The notes under the pieces are model-generated. The model did no database searches and was not told where the DNA came from. It saw only the letters and a program-made list of their open reading frames with translations. The position numbers and the translations under genes were made by a program. Shown piece by piece: positions 37,610 to 46,594 of a DNA stretch of 64,000 nucleotides (its first letter is position 1; every line of letters starts with the position of its first letter). Origin of the DNA: an uncultured Acidimicrobiales bacterium (GTDB lineage: Bacteria > Actinomycetota > Acidimicrobiia > Acidimicrobiales > SHLQ01); contig CALGZB010000023.1 of NCBI GenBank assembly GCA_937934655.1, forward strand, positions 2,908 to 66,907, read 5' to 3'.

Positions 37610-39385
37610 ATGACTCGTATGACACCTAGTGAAGCGTTTGTGGAGACCATGGTTGCTCATGGTGTCGATACGGCGTTTGGCATTATGGGTTCGGCGTTCA
37701 TGGACGCCATGGACATCTTTGCTCCAGCCGGAATCCGTTTGGTGCCGGTTGTGCACGAGCAGGGTGCGGCCCATATGGCCGACGGTTACTCCCGCGTGTC
37801 GGGTCGCCACGGTGTCGTCATCGGGCAGAACGGTCCGGGTATCTCCAACTGCGTCACCGCAATCGCCGCTGCCTTCTGGGCGCACTCGCCGGTAGTAATC
37901 GTTACCCCGCAAACGGGAACGATGGGCATTGGTCTTGGCGGCTTCCAGGAAGCCAACCAGCTGCCGATGTTCGAAGAATTCACCAAGTACCAGGGCCACA
38001 TCAACAACGAAGCCCGTATGGCCGAGATCACCTCTCGTTGTTTCGACCGAGCACTTTCCGAGATGGGTCCAACCCAGCTCAACATTCCCCGTGACCGGTT
38101 CTACGGCGACATCGATGTCGAGATCCCAGAACCCATGCCGCTCGATCGTGGCGCCGGTGGCGAGAAGTCACTCCAAGCCGCAACCGAAATGCTTGCTGCT
38201 GCCGAGTTCCCCGTGATCCTCTCCGGTGGCGGCGTTGTCATGGGCGACTCGGTCGAGGACTGCGTCGCACTCTCGGACATGCTCGGCGCTCCCGTCGTCA
38301 ACTCGTACCTGCACAACGACTCCTTTCCCGCCTCCCACCCAATGTGGTGTGGCCCCCTCGGGTACCAGGGCTCGAAGGCCGCTATGAAGCTCATTAACAA
38401 AGCCGACGTTGTTCTGGCCCTCGGAACCCGCCTCGGTCCGTTCGGAACACTTCCTCAGCACGACATGGATTACTGGCCAAAGGACGCCAAGATCATTCAG
38501 GTCGACGCCGACCACACCATGCTCGGCCTCGTGAAAAAGGTTTCGGTTGGCGTGCACGGTGACGCCGGCGCCGCTGCCCGTGAGCTACTCCGCCGTCTCG
38601 GTGAAGTAGGCGAAGCCAACATCGCATGCCTCGCCAACCGCGACACGCGCGCCGAGACCATCGCCGAAGAGAAGAAGGCATGGGAGGACGAGCTCGATGC
38701 TTGGACCCATGAAACCGACGATTTCTCGATGGAAATGATCGCCGAAGCCAACGAAGAGGCCGGCGACTGGCTGCATCCTCGCCAGGTTCTGCGTGCGCTC
38801 GAAGAGGCAATGCCAGCCCGCGTGATGGTGTCGACCGATATCGGCAACATCAACTCGGTCTCCAACTCCTACCTCCGTTTCGAAGAACCACGCTCATTCT
38901 TCGCGGCAATGTCGTGGGGTAACTGCGGCTACGCCCTCCCAACGATCATCGGCGCCAAGGCTGCTGCCCCCGACCGTCCGGCGGTTTCCTACGCCGGCGA
39001 CGGTGCATGGGCGATGAGCATGACCGAGGTCATGACCGCCGTGCGGCACAACATCCCGGTCACCGCAATTGTCTTCCATAACCGCCAGTGGGGTGCCGAG
39101 AAGAAGAACCAAGTCGACTTTTATGGCCGACGCTTCGTCGCTGGCGAACTCGACGGCGAAGAGAACTACGCCGATATTGCAACCGCTATGGGCGCCAAGG
39201 GCGTTCGGGTCGACAAGATCGACAACGTTGGCGCAGCGCTCACCGACGCCATCAACGCCCAGATGAACGACGGCGTCACCACCGTCATCGAGATCATGTG
39301 CACCAAGGAACTGGGCGACCCGTTCCGCAAGGACGCACTGTCGACACCGGTTCGTCACCTCGCCAAGTACAAAGATTACGTCTAG
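37610..39385 (+). CDS. xsc: Thiamine-diphosphate enzyme, sulfoacetaldehyde acetyltransferase (Xsc)-like
   Basis: 'MTPSEAFVETMVAHGVDTAFGIMGSAFMDAMDIF', 'GQNGPGISN' and 'GGFQEANQLPMFEEFTKYQ' resemble Xsc as recalled. TPP motif 'GDGAWAMS...N'. Context includes pta, a tauABC-like transporter and an aminotransferase. ATG at 37610 with AGGAG 10 nt upstream. Confidence 0.75.
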   Translation: MTRMTPSEAFVETMVAHGVDTAFGIMGSAFMDAMDIFAPAGIRLVPVVHEQGAAHMADGYSRVSGRHGVVIGQNGPGISNCVTAIAAAFWAHSPVVIVTPQTGTMGIGLGGFQEANQLPMFEEFTKYQGHINNEARMAEITSRCFDRALSEMGPTQLNIPRDRFYGDIDVEIPEPMPLDRGAGGEKSLQAATEMLAAAEFPVILSGGGVVMGDSVEDCVALSDMLGAPVVNSYLHNDSFPASHPMWCGPLGYQGSKAAMKLINKADVVLALGTRLGPFGTLPQHDMDYWPKDAKIIQVDADHTMLGLVKKVSVGVHGDAGAAARELLRRLGEVGEANIACLANRDTRAETIAEEKKAWEDELDAWTHETDDFSMEMIAEANEEAGDWLHPRQVLRALEEAMPARVMVSTDIGNINSVSNSYLRFEEPRSFFAAMSWGNCGYALPTIIGAKAAAPDRPAVSYAGDGAWAMSMTEVMTAVRHNIPVTAIVFHNRQWGAEKKNQVDFYGRRFVAGELDGEENYADIATAMGAKGVRVDKIDNVGAALTDAINAQMNDGVTTVIEIMCTKELGDPFRKDALSTPVRHLAKYKDYV

Positions 39386-39404
39386 GTCGAGTAGCACTCT
39401 TCCT

Positions 39405-40436
39405 GTGACCAACTCTTCACCAGTTGAAGATGCCGCCTCAGCATCAGGTTCGGTTCCCACCGAACTCGTCGATGTTGAGGCGGTGTTTGGTTTTCGCACC
39501 GGTCTCGAAGTTCGGGCGTTCGCGTCCGACAGCGATACCGGCGCCGGTGACCGGATCATCGACGACCATGTTCCCGTTGTCGACCCGGCCTACCGTTTCG
39601 ACCCCGATGTCACCTTGGCGATCTTGGCCGGGTTCACGCAGAACCGTCGAGTTCTGGTGCAGGGATATCACGGCACCGGAAAGTCCACTCATATTGAGCA
39701 GGTGGCGGCCCGGCTCAACTGGCCGATGGTGCGGGTAAACCTCGACGGTCACCTCACTCGTATGGACCTCATCGGTCGCGATGCCATCGTGCTGCGCGAC
39801 GGCAAACAGATCACCGAGTTTCAAGAGGGCATTCTTCCCTGGTCGCTTACCCGTCCCGTGGCGCTGTTGTTCGACGAGTTCGACGCCGGCCGCCCCGAGG
39901 TCATGTTTGTGATCCAGCGAATCCTGGAGCGCGACGGCAAACTCACGTTGCTCGATCAGAACCGGGTTCTGGCCCCGCACCAATCGTTCCGGTTGTTCGC
40001 GACGGCCAACACGGTTGGTCTCGGGAACCTCAACGGCCTTTACCACGGGGCACAACTGCTCAATCAGGCGCAGGTCGATCGCTGGGACATCGTGGCCAAG
40101 CTCAACTACCTCAGCGCCGAAGCCGAACGAAACATCGTCCTCGCCCGGGTGCCAGCCATCGCAGCCCGGCCCGATGGTGAAGCAACGGTCGACTCGATGA
40201 TCGCCGTTGCCGAGATGACCCGCACCGGTTTCGCTGCCGGTGATCTCTCGACGGTGATGTCGCCTCGCACGGTGATCTCCTGGGCCGAAAACCTGTTGCT
40301 CTTCGGCGATCCAGGGCAGGCGTTCCGGCTGTCGTACCTCAACACCTGCGACGACGCCGAACAGTCGATCGTGGCCGAGTACTTCCAACGGGCGTTTGCC
40401 CTCGACCTCGACGAATCCATCGCTACCCAGAGTTGA
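39405..40436 (+). CDS. CobS-like AAA+ ATPase (AAA_5; aerobic cobaltochelatase small-subunit family)
   Basis: 'VLVQGYHGTGKSTHIEQVAARLNWPMVRVNLDGHLTRMDLIGRDAIVLRDGKQITEFQEGILPW' and 'LLFDEFDAGRPEVMFVIQRILE' closely follow the CobS pattern as recalled. Confidence 0.75.
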   Translation: MTNSSPVEDAASASGSVPTELVDVEAVFGFRTGLEVRAFASDSDTGAGDRIIDDHVPVVDPAYRFDPDVTLAILAGFTQNRRVLVQGYHGTGKSTHIEQVAARLNWPMVRVNLDGHLTRMDLIGRDAIVLRDGKQITEFQEGILPWSLTRPVALLFDEFDAGRPEVMFVIQRILERDGKLTLLDQNRVLAPHQSFRLFATANTVGLGNLNGLYHGAQLLNQAQVDRWDIVAKLNYLSAEAERNIVLARVPAIAARPDGEATVDSMIAVAEMTRTGFAAGDLSTVMSPRTVISWAENLLLFGDPGQAFRLSYLNTCDDAEQSIVAEYFQRAFALDLDESIATQS

Positions 40437-42211
40437 TGGCCGTCGACCGGCTCACCGAGGGACCCGACGACCGTCGACGCCGTCGACTGATCGAGCGTCA
40501 CAGCGCAGCATCGCTTCGAGCGGTCGCTGCAGAGCCTAGGGCCGAGTTCGTTGGCCAGCGGCTGACGATTGATGACCGTCGGGTCGCTGTTGCGACGCCC
40601 TACCTGCTGCCCGGCGACCGCGAGGTCCCGATCGGTGCGCGCCGCGGGGTGGCCGATGCTCTCGGGCTCCGGCTTCGTTTCAGTAATCTGGAGTTGCACC
40701 GGTCGCTTCGACCTGCACCGCCGTTTCAGCAGGTGGTGTTCGACACCCTCGAACAGCTTCGATGCGATTCACTGGTTCCCGGCCACCTTCCCGGTGTTCG
40801 ACAGAACGTCACTCAGGCATTTGAAGAGTGGGACCGGTCGACCCGCGCCATGGGCGTTGCCGAGACTGCGCTCGGACGGCTCATCTACACGGTGACGCAC
40901 ATGGCTCGAGCCCGCTTCGGCACGTCGGTAGGCATGCTCGACAACGAGACACAGATCGAGATCGAAGGCATCACCGAAGCTCCCCGAATGGAACTTGCGC
41001 CGCTAATTGGCCACGACTTGGTTGCGCTTGCCCAGACCCGTCACGATCAGGCGGCGTATGCCGAACACGCGATAGCCATCGCCGATGCCGCGGCTTCGGT
41101 TGCAGGCGCCGCAGCTAAGCAGCTCACTCCCACCGATGTGGTCGATGTGAAGAAGCGTCTGATGCTCGCAGCTGCGTGGGATGACGGCGATAACGAGTCC
41201 TTCGACGGGCACGATGTGGGCACTTCGGCTGGCGCCGATGGCACTGAAGACGGAGATGACGACGGCAGCGGTTCGCTCGACGAACTCGGTGGCTATCACG
41301 TGTTCACGACTACCTATGACATCGAGGTCACCGGCACCGACCTAGTTCTCGACGTTATTGCGGCACGTCGGCGGGCCGAACTGGACAGCCTCATTGCCGC
41401 TCAGGCCGTAAGTGTTCCGCGGCTCGCCCATCGTCTCCTCGAGCGATTGGGAACAGCCCAACCCCGGAGCTGGAATCACGCCCAAACCGAAGGGGTTATC
41501 GACGCGCCTCGTCTTTCCCAGGTGGTGAGTAACCCCACATTTCGACAGGTGTTTCGGACCCCTCGCCATGAGCCCACGGCCGACCTAGCGGTGACGTTTC
41601 TCATCGATACATCGGGTTCCATGAAGCGGCAGCGCTACGAAGCGATGGCGGTGCTTGTCGATACCTATGCTCGGGCTCTGGACCTGGCGGGTGCGACCAC
41701 CGAAGTGCTTGGGTTTACTACAGCAGCGTGGAATGGCGGCCGAGCGCTGGTCGAGTGGCAAGACGCCGGCGAACCGCTGCTGCCCGGACGGGTGGGGGAG
41801 CAGTGCCACATCGTCTACAAAGATGCCGACTCGTCGTGGCGTAAGTCGCGGCAGTCCCTGGCGGCCATGCTGAACACCTCGCACTACCGGGAAGGGCTCG
41901 ACGGTGAGGCGCTGGCATGGGCGTACCGTCGGCTCATGGTGCGGCCCGAGCAGCGTCGGATCCTGGTGTTCATCTCCGATGGTGCGCCCAACGATGTGGC
42001 CACGGCAACGGCGAACGGCGAGACCTACCTCACCGATCACCTCCAACGAGTGGCTCGGCGAATTCAGCGCTCCGGTGCAGTAGAGCTTGGAGCTATCGGC
42101 ATCGACCTCGACATGGATTGGCTCGTATCGCGCTCGATCAACCTCGATCTCAGCGGCACGCTCACCCTCCGCACCTATCGCGCCCTAGAGAATCTCGTCA
42201 TGCACCCTTAG
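40433..42211 (+). CDS. CobT-like VWA protein
   Basis: C-terminal VWA with MIDAS 'VTFLIDTSGSMKRQ' and 'ILVFISDGAPND'. Acidic mid-linker 'GTEDGDDDGSGS'. The start overlaps the CobS-like stop (TTGATG). Confidence 0.7.
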   Translation: MMAVDRLTEGPDDRRRRRLIERHSAASLRAVAAEPRAEFVGQRLTIDDRRVAVATPYLLPGDREVPIGARRGVADALGLRLRFSNLELHRSLRPAPPFQQVVFDTLEQLRCDSLVPGHLPGVRQNVTQAFEEWDRSTRAMGVAETALGRLIYTVTHMARARFGTSVGMLDNETQIEIEGITEAPRMELAPLIGHDLVALAQTRHDQAAYAEHAIAIADAAASVAGAAAKQLTPTDVVDVKKRLMLAAAWDDGDNESFDGHDVGTSAGADGTEDGDDDGSGSLDELGGYHVFTTTYDIEVTGTDLVLDVIAARRRAELDSLIAAQAVSVPRLAHRLLERLGTAQPRSWNHAQTEGVIDAPRLSQVVSNPTFRQVFRTPRHEPTADLAVTFLIDTSGSMKRQRYEAMAVLVDTYARALDLAGATTEVLGFTTAAWNGGRALVEWQDAGEPLLPGRVGEQCHIVYKDADSSWRKSRQSLAAMLNTSHYREGLDGEALAWAYRRLMVRPEQRRILVFISDGAPNDVATATANGETYLTDHLQRVARRIQRSGAVELGAIGIDLDMDWLVSRSINLDLSGTLTLRTYRALENLVMHP

Positions 42212-43962
42212 CTTCTGAGGAGGCGGCCGGGGCGGGATCCGGTGTCTTCGTCGTTTTCTCGGGTGACGACGCCATTGCAGATGGTGGCGAGGTAGCCCGA
42301 CACCGGCTGCATCAATCGAGTTCCCCCGGCGGGTAGGTCGTGGTGGGCTACCGGCGGCGAGACGGCGAGGTTGTCGTGGTCGATGATGTTGACGTCGGCC
42401 CGTTTGCCGACCTCCAACGTCCCGCGATCGTCGAAACCGTAAAGCGCAGCGTTCCGAGCGGTTTGTTTGTTCACGATGAACTCGAGCGGCAACTGCTCGC
42501 CCTTGCGATCGCGAGCCCAATAGGTGAGCTGGGTGGTTGGCATGCTGCCATCACAGATGAGCGTGACGTGGGCGCCGGCGTCGCTTAGGCCGGTGACGGT
42601 ATGGGGGTCGGCCAGCATCTCGCGCAACACGTTCATCCGAGCGGGGATATCGACAGTGCTCAGCGAGGCGAAGTTGGTTCCGCCGTTCTCGAGCATGAAG
42701 TCATAAAGGAACTCGAGAGGTTCGCGGCCTTGAGCTTTGGCCTTGGCGCCCAACGTGTCGCTGACGTCGGGCTCGTAGTCGACGGGGCTTTCGAGCGGGT
42801 ACAGGACGCCCGCCGAACGGCGGAACAGTCCGTAGACGTTCTCCATCGACCCCGGAGCATCGGGGCGAATGTCTTTCTCTTCCAAGAGGGTGGCCTTCAT
42901 GGCCGGTTCGCTCATGGCAACCACTCGCTCGGCGAGTGGAAGATGAGCGAGCTTCTCGAGGTACGTGGGCTTGCGCATGAACGCGTGGTACGCACTGAGC
43001 CCGGTGAGAAAACCAATAGGCCGAGAGGAAACCTGGGGGTGTAGCTGAGCCCCGGCGCTGTTTGCCTCGTCGGTCATTCGGAGGATCTCGCGCCACAGGT
43101 TGGGGTCGTAGTCAGGCGACTGCACGAGGGTGAAGGTGACCGGACGGCCGCTGGTCAGCGAGAAGCGTCGCATGAGGTCGTGTTCGGCCTCTTGCGTTGT
43201 GCGCTCGCCGCCCAGCCCATCGAGCTTGCCCACAGTGCCAGCCGGGATCATCTCGAACACGCCTTTGCCGACGCGGCCCATGTGTTCGGCGATGGCGAGC
43301 AGTTCTTCGTCGGCGGCGAAGGTGCCGGGCACCGGTTCGCCCCAAAGTGAGCGGTGGCCGATAGTGCGAGAGGTACTGAACCCAACCGCGCCTGCCTCGA
43401 TTGCTTCGGCGACGATGCGGCCCATGTTGTCGACGTCATCCGCGGTTGCGTCTTCGTTAAGCCGGCCACGCTCTCCCATGGCGTAGAACCGCACAGCACC
43501 GTGGGCGATCTGTGCGCCGACGTCGAGCGCGTACTCGCGGCCTGCCATGTAGTTGAGATAGTCGGGGAACGTCTCCCAAGAGCCCCAGTCCATGCCCTCG
43601 TGGAGCGCTGCACCGGGGATGTCCTCGACGCCCTCCATCAGTTCGATCAGGGCGTTCTCGTCACCGGGGGAGACCGGTGCAAAACCAACCCCGCAGTTGC
43701 CCATGACAACAGTGGTGACACCGTTGTGTGATGACGGCGCCATCTCGGAGTCCCAGCTGATCTGGCCGTCGTAGTGGGTGTGGACATCGACCCAACCCGG
43801 GGTGATGAGTGCTCCGTCGGCGTCGATGGTTCGCTGGGCTGCACTCGTGATGTTTCCACCAACCTCGGCAATCACTCCGTTAGAGATTGCGATGTCGCCG
43901 CCGACCGGAGCAGATCCGGTCCCGTCGACGAGTGTTCCGTTTTTGATCACGATGTCGTGCAT
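42208..43962 (-). CDS. D-aminoacylase / N-acyl-D-amino-acid deacylase family amidohydrolase
   Basis: '[32 protein letters not shown]' and '[12 protein letters not shown]' are the metal-binding HxH region. Confidence 0.82.
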   Translation of the reverse strand: MHDIVIKNGTLVDGTGSAPVGGDIAISNGVIAEVGGNITSAAQRTIDADGALITPGWVDVHTHYDGQISWDSEMAPSSHNGVTTVVMGNCGVGFAPVSPGDENALIELMEGVEDIPGAALHEGMDWGSWETFPDYLNYMAGREYALDVGAQIAHGAVRFYAMGERGRLNEDATADDVDNMGRIVAEAIEAGAVGFSTSRTIGHRSLWGEPVPGTFAADEELLAIAEHMGRVGKGVFEMIPAGTVGKLDGLGGERTTQEAEHDLMRRFSLTSGRPVTFTLVQSPDYDPNLWREILRMTDEANSAGAQLHPQVSSRPIGFLTGLSAYHAFMRKPTYLEKLAHLPLAERVVAMSEPAMKATLLEEKDIRPDAPGSMENVYGLFRRSAGVLYPLESPVDYEPDVSDTLGAKAKAQGREPLEFLYDFMLENGGTNFASLSTVDIPARMNVLREMLADPHTVTGLSDAGAHVTLICDGSMPTTQLTYWARDRKGEQLPLEFIVNKQTARNAALYGFDDRGTLEVGKRADVNIIDHDNLAVSPPVAHHDLPAGGTRLMQPVSGYLATICNGVVTRENDEDTGSRPGRLLRS

Positions 43963-44003
43963 GATGAGGACCCCCGAGTCCGTCCAGCGCAGGAGTCAGT
44001 ACG

Positions 44004-44300
44004 TTGACCGGCAATCTCCCACTACCAAACGGTTTAGTTCACCAGCGGACCACCGACATATTTTCCAACGAGACCGTTCCGGCCGGATTGCTTCGCGCTC
44101 ACCGGGTTGCCGATGGTGTCTGGGGTCTCCTCGTCGTCCACTCGGGCAGCGTCGTGTTCGTGTTCGAGGATGAACCCGACGAGCCGAATCTCATCGAGGC
44201 CGGCGACCATATGGTGATCCCGCCCGCCCGACTTCATCACATCGAACTTGACGAACCCACCACATTCGCCATCGAGTTCCACCGTTCCCCGAAGCCGTAG
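44004..44300 (+). CDS. DUF1971 (TehB/YeaR-like cupin) protein
   Basis: 'TVPAGLLRAHRVADGVWGLLVVHSGSVVFVFED' and 'IPPARLHHIE' fit the family pattern. TTG start. Confidence 0.6.
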   Translation: MTGNLPLPNGLVHQRTTDIFSNETVPAGLLRAHRVADGVWGLLVVHSGSVVFVFEDEPDEPNLIEAGDHMVIPPARLHHIELDEPTTFAIEFHRSPKP

Positions 44301-44324
44301 AGGTCGTGCGGGGCTGCGGAACTC

Positions 44325-44795
44325 CTAGCCGCTCAGTTGCTTCGTCATCCGGAGAAGCACGACGTCGGGGAAGTCTGGGGAATGCCACCGTTCTGTTGTT
44401 TCGTAGCCGAGGCGTTCGTAGAGCCGCCGGTTGTCGGTGGCGAGTTCGCCGACAATGAGCTGGACCGAACCGTGGCCTTCTGAACGTATGAATTGCTCGG
44501 CCCGATCCATCAACCCCGATGCGATGCCGTGCCCACGCCGATCCGGCACCGTCATAAGCCGTTCGATGTCGGGACGTTCCTCGTACTGCCGAACGCTGAC
44601 CGCACCGACAATCCGAGTGCCTTCACGGCATGTGAACGTCGTCGATTCTGCATGGCGACTCTCGAAGGCGTCGAACTGCTCATCGAGTGCCGGCACATGG
44701 GGAGTGCCGTAGATGACGGCCTCATCAAGAAACGCAGCGCGTTGAAGCGAGAACAACTCCCCAATATCTCCCGACGAAGCGAGCACTACTTCCAT
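44325..44795 (-). CDS. GNAT N-acetyltransferase
   Basis: 'LMTVPDRRGHGIASGLMDRAEQFIRSEG' is the acetyl-CoA binding motif A (R-x-x-G-x-G/A). Confidence 0.85.
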   Translation of the reverse strand: MEVVLASSGDIGELFSLQRAAFLDEAVIYGTPHVPALDEQFDAFESRHAESTTFTCREGTRIVGAVSVRQYEERPDIERLMTVPDRRGHGIASGLMDRAEQFIRSEGHGSVQLIVGELATDNRRLYERLGYETTERWHSPDFPDVVLLRMTKQLSG

Positions 44796-44822
44796 ACGTA
44801 AACCCTAGAAGAACCAGCATGC

Positions 44823-44930
44823 TCTGGCACTTGCTCTGACACTTGCTCTGACACTTGCTCTGACACTTGCTCTGGCACTTGGTCTGACACCTGGTCTGGC
44901 ACTTGGTCTGACACTTGGTCTGACACCTAG
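44823..44930 (+). repeat. 12-bp tandem repeat array A (9 units, consensus STCTGRCACYTG)
   Basis: Units read by hand, one each unless a copy number is shown: CTCTGGCACTTG, CTCTGACACTTG x3, CTCTGGCACTTG, GTCTGACACCTG, GTCTGGCACTTG, GTCTGACACTTG, GTCTGACACCTA. Confidence 0.9.
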
Positions 44931-44974
44931 TGGTCTTGCTCGACCGGGAAGGGCGAAAGTGACAGACTCTGCGA

Positions 44975-45265
44975 ATGATCTCTGTACATATTCTTTACCC
45001 AAAAACTGACGATTCAACGTTCGACATGGAGTACTACTGTGCGACCCACATGCCCATGTTCGCTGACGCTCTCGGCGACGCGTGCGCCGGCTGGGGTGCC
45101 AGCACCGTGAAGTCCGGCCCATGGGCCGCAATCGCCTGGGCTCACGTTGAGAGCCAGGAAGCCTTCGACGCCACCATGGCCGAGCATGGCGGCAAGATCA
45201 TGGAAGACATTCCCAACTACACGAACGTGATGCCCGAGATGATCATCGGCGACGTCGACCGATAG
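44975..45265 (+). CDS. EthD-domain protein
   Basis: 'ISVHILYPKTDDSTFDMEYYCATHMPM' and 'GKIMEDIPNYTN' fit the small EthD/TIGR02118 family. Confidence 0.7.
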   Translation: MISVHILYPKTDDSTFDMEYYCATHMPMFADALGDACAGWGASTVKSGPWAAIAWAHVESQEAFDATMAEHGGKIMEDIPNYTNVMPEMIIGDVDR

Positions 45266-45280
45266 AAACGCCGACCCGTG

Positions 45281-45370
45281 CTCTGGCCCTTGCTCTGGCA
45301 CTTGCTCTGACACCTGGTCTGGCACTTGCTCTGACACCTGGTCTGGCACTTGGTCTGACACTTGGTCTGA
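45281..45370 (+). repeat. 12-bp tandem repeat array B (7-8 units, same consensus and orientation as array A)
   Basis: Units: CTCTGGCCCTTG, CTCTGGCACTTG, CTCTGACACCTG, GTCTGGCACTTG, CTCTGACACCTG, GTCTGGCACTTG, GTCTGACACTTG, then a degenerate GTCTGAGCAGTG. Confidence 0.9.
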
Positions 45371-45377
45371 GCAGTGG

Positions 45378-45668
45378 TTAGCAGGGGGGTGCTAGGCAGG
45401 GCGTTGGTTGCGTCGCTGCCACTGGCTTTGGAGCGAGCTTCTGGGCACGTGTGGCGAGTAGTGCTGCGACGAACCCGCGGAGAAGTCGTCCGGGAGCCCT
45501 GGCGGGTCGGGCCGATTCGGCCGTTCGGTTGCGGGAAAGAACCGCCTCGGTTGTGAGAGCAGTTTGGTAGCCGGGGCCCATGGCTTCGCGGAGTTCGGCC
45601 ATCGAGGTGTGTTGTTTGGTTTCCATGACTTCATTGTCCGCCTCCAGCATCCATATTGAAAGCGACAT
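45378..45668 (-). CDS. Possible small hypothetical protein divergent from the LysR gene
   Basis: 96-aa ORF only. No motif. The probable start is an internal Met ('METKQHTS'). Confidence 0.25.
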   Translation of the reverse strand: MSLSIWMLEADNEVMETKQHTSMAELREAMGPGYQTALTTEAVLSRNRTAESARPARAPGRLLRGFVAALLATRAQKLAPKPVAATQPTPCLAPPC

Positions 45669-45707
45669 GTTCTTGTACTTTCAATGACAAAATGCCATGG
45701 TTAACAA

Positions 45708-46574
45708 ATGCAGCTCGATGTCGAATCTCTTCGCACGTTTTTGGCCGTTCTGGACCACGGTGGAATGACCGCAGCGGCAAATGAACTCCATACGAGCCAA
45801 TCGGCGGTGAGCTGGAAGATCAAAAGGCTTGAGGAGCGAGTCGGTCGCCAACTCCTTGTTCGCGATGGTCGCTCGCTTCGGCCATCATTCGATGGTCGTA
45901 ACCTCATCGACGACGCACGCACCATCGTGGCCACCCACGACCGAGCCGCCGATCGTCTCCAATGTTCGGACCTTTCCGGCGCGGTTCGTATAGGTGCCGA
46001 CGAAGAAGTGGCGATCTCACATATGGCCAATCTTCTCGGCCAGTTCAAGCGTCACCACCCCAACACCGCTGTCGAGTTCGTCATCGACGCCAGTCAGCGT
46101 CTCCCGGCCAAACTCGATCGGGGCGAGATCGATGTGGCGGTGTTCCAGATTAACGAGGACGAGATCCTCCCGGGCGACGAAGTGCTTTGGACCGAGGACC
46201 TTCACTGGATGACCAGTGCGTGTTGTCCCCACGAGAGTGGGCCGGTGCCGATGATTACCTTCGGCGACGACTGCTTCTATCAACAACTGGCCGAGCCAAT
46301 TCTCGACAACGCCGGGCTCAGTCACCACGTGGTGTTTTCCGGCCAATCATCGTCAGCGGTTCGGGCCGCCGTCGAAGCTGGCCTTGGCGTTGGTTTGTTG
46401 AGCACCCGTTACGTCGGTGACGAAATGGTGAGCTGGGAGCCCGGAAAACACCTCGATCCGCTGCCCAGGGTCTTCCAAGTGGCGCGCACTGCGCCAGGGC
46501 CAAGAGACCCTGTGGTCGATGCGCTGTTCATCGCAATCGTCAGCACCTCGAGCGGAGATCACACCAGCGAGTGA
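45708..46574 (+). CDS. LysR-family transcriptional regulator
   Basis: HTH 'LRTFLAVLDHGGMTAAANELHTSQSAVSWKIKRLEERVG' followed by a LysR substrate-binding domain. Confidence 0.92.
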   Translation: MQLDVESLRTFLAVLDHGGMTAAANELHTSQSAVSWKIKRLEERVGRQLLVRDGRSLRPSFDGRNLIDDARTIVATHDRAADRLQCSDLSGAVRIGADEEVAISHMANLLGQFKRHHPNTAVEFVIDASQRLPAKLDRGEIDVAVFQINEDEILPGDEVLWTEDLHWMTSACCPHESGPVPMITFGDDCFYQQLAEPILDNAGLSHHVVFSGQSSSAVRAAVEAGLGVGLLSTRYVGDEMVSWEPGKHLDPLPRVFQVARTAPGPRDPVVDALFIAIVSTSSGDHTSE

Positions 46575-46594
46575 AACCGCAGTAGGTTGCGGCC

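Noticed and set aside
44805-45361. Minus-strand ORFs 44805-45131 and 45014-45361, encoding 'VRASVRASVRAS' and 'VPDQVSEQVPDQ' peptides
   Set aside because: The periodic peptides are just translations of the 12-bp repeats. Both ORFs overlap the well-formed + strand EthD gene and have non-protein-like remainders.
44823-45370. Possible CRISPR arrays (two blocks of short direct repeats)
   Set aside because: The units are only 12 bp and directly abut one another with no spacers. No cas genes are nearby. These are minisatellite-type tandem repeats.
44823-45370. Sigma-54 promoter-like TGGCAC ... TTGC motifs inside the 12-bp repeats
   Set aside because: The GG and GC dinucleotides are not at the required 10-nt spacing (TGGCAC is followed immediately by TTGC). 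Sigma-54 is also not expected in Actinobacteria.
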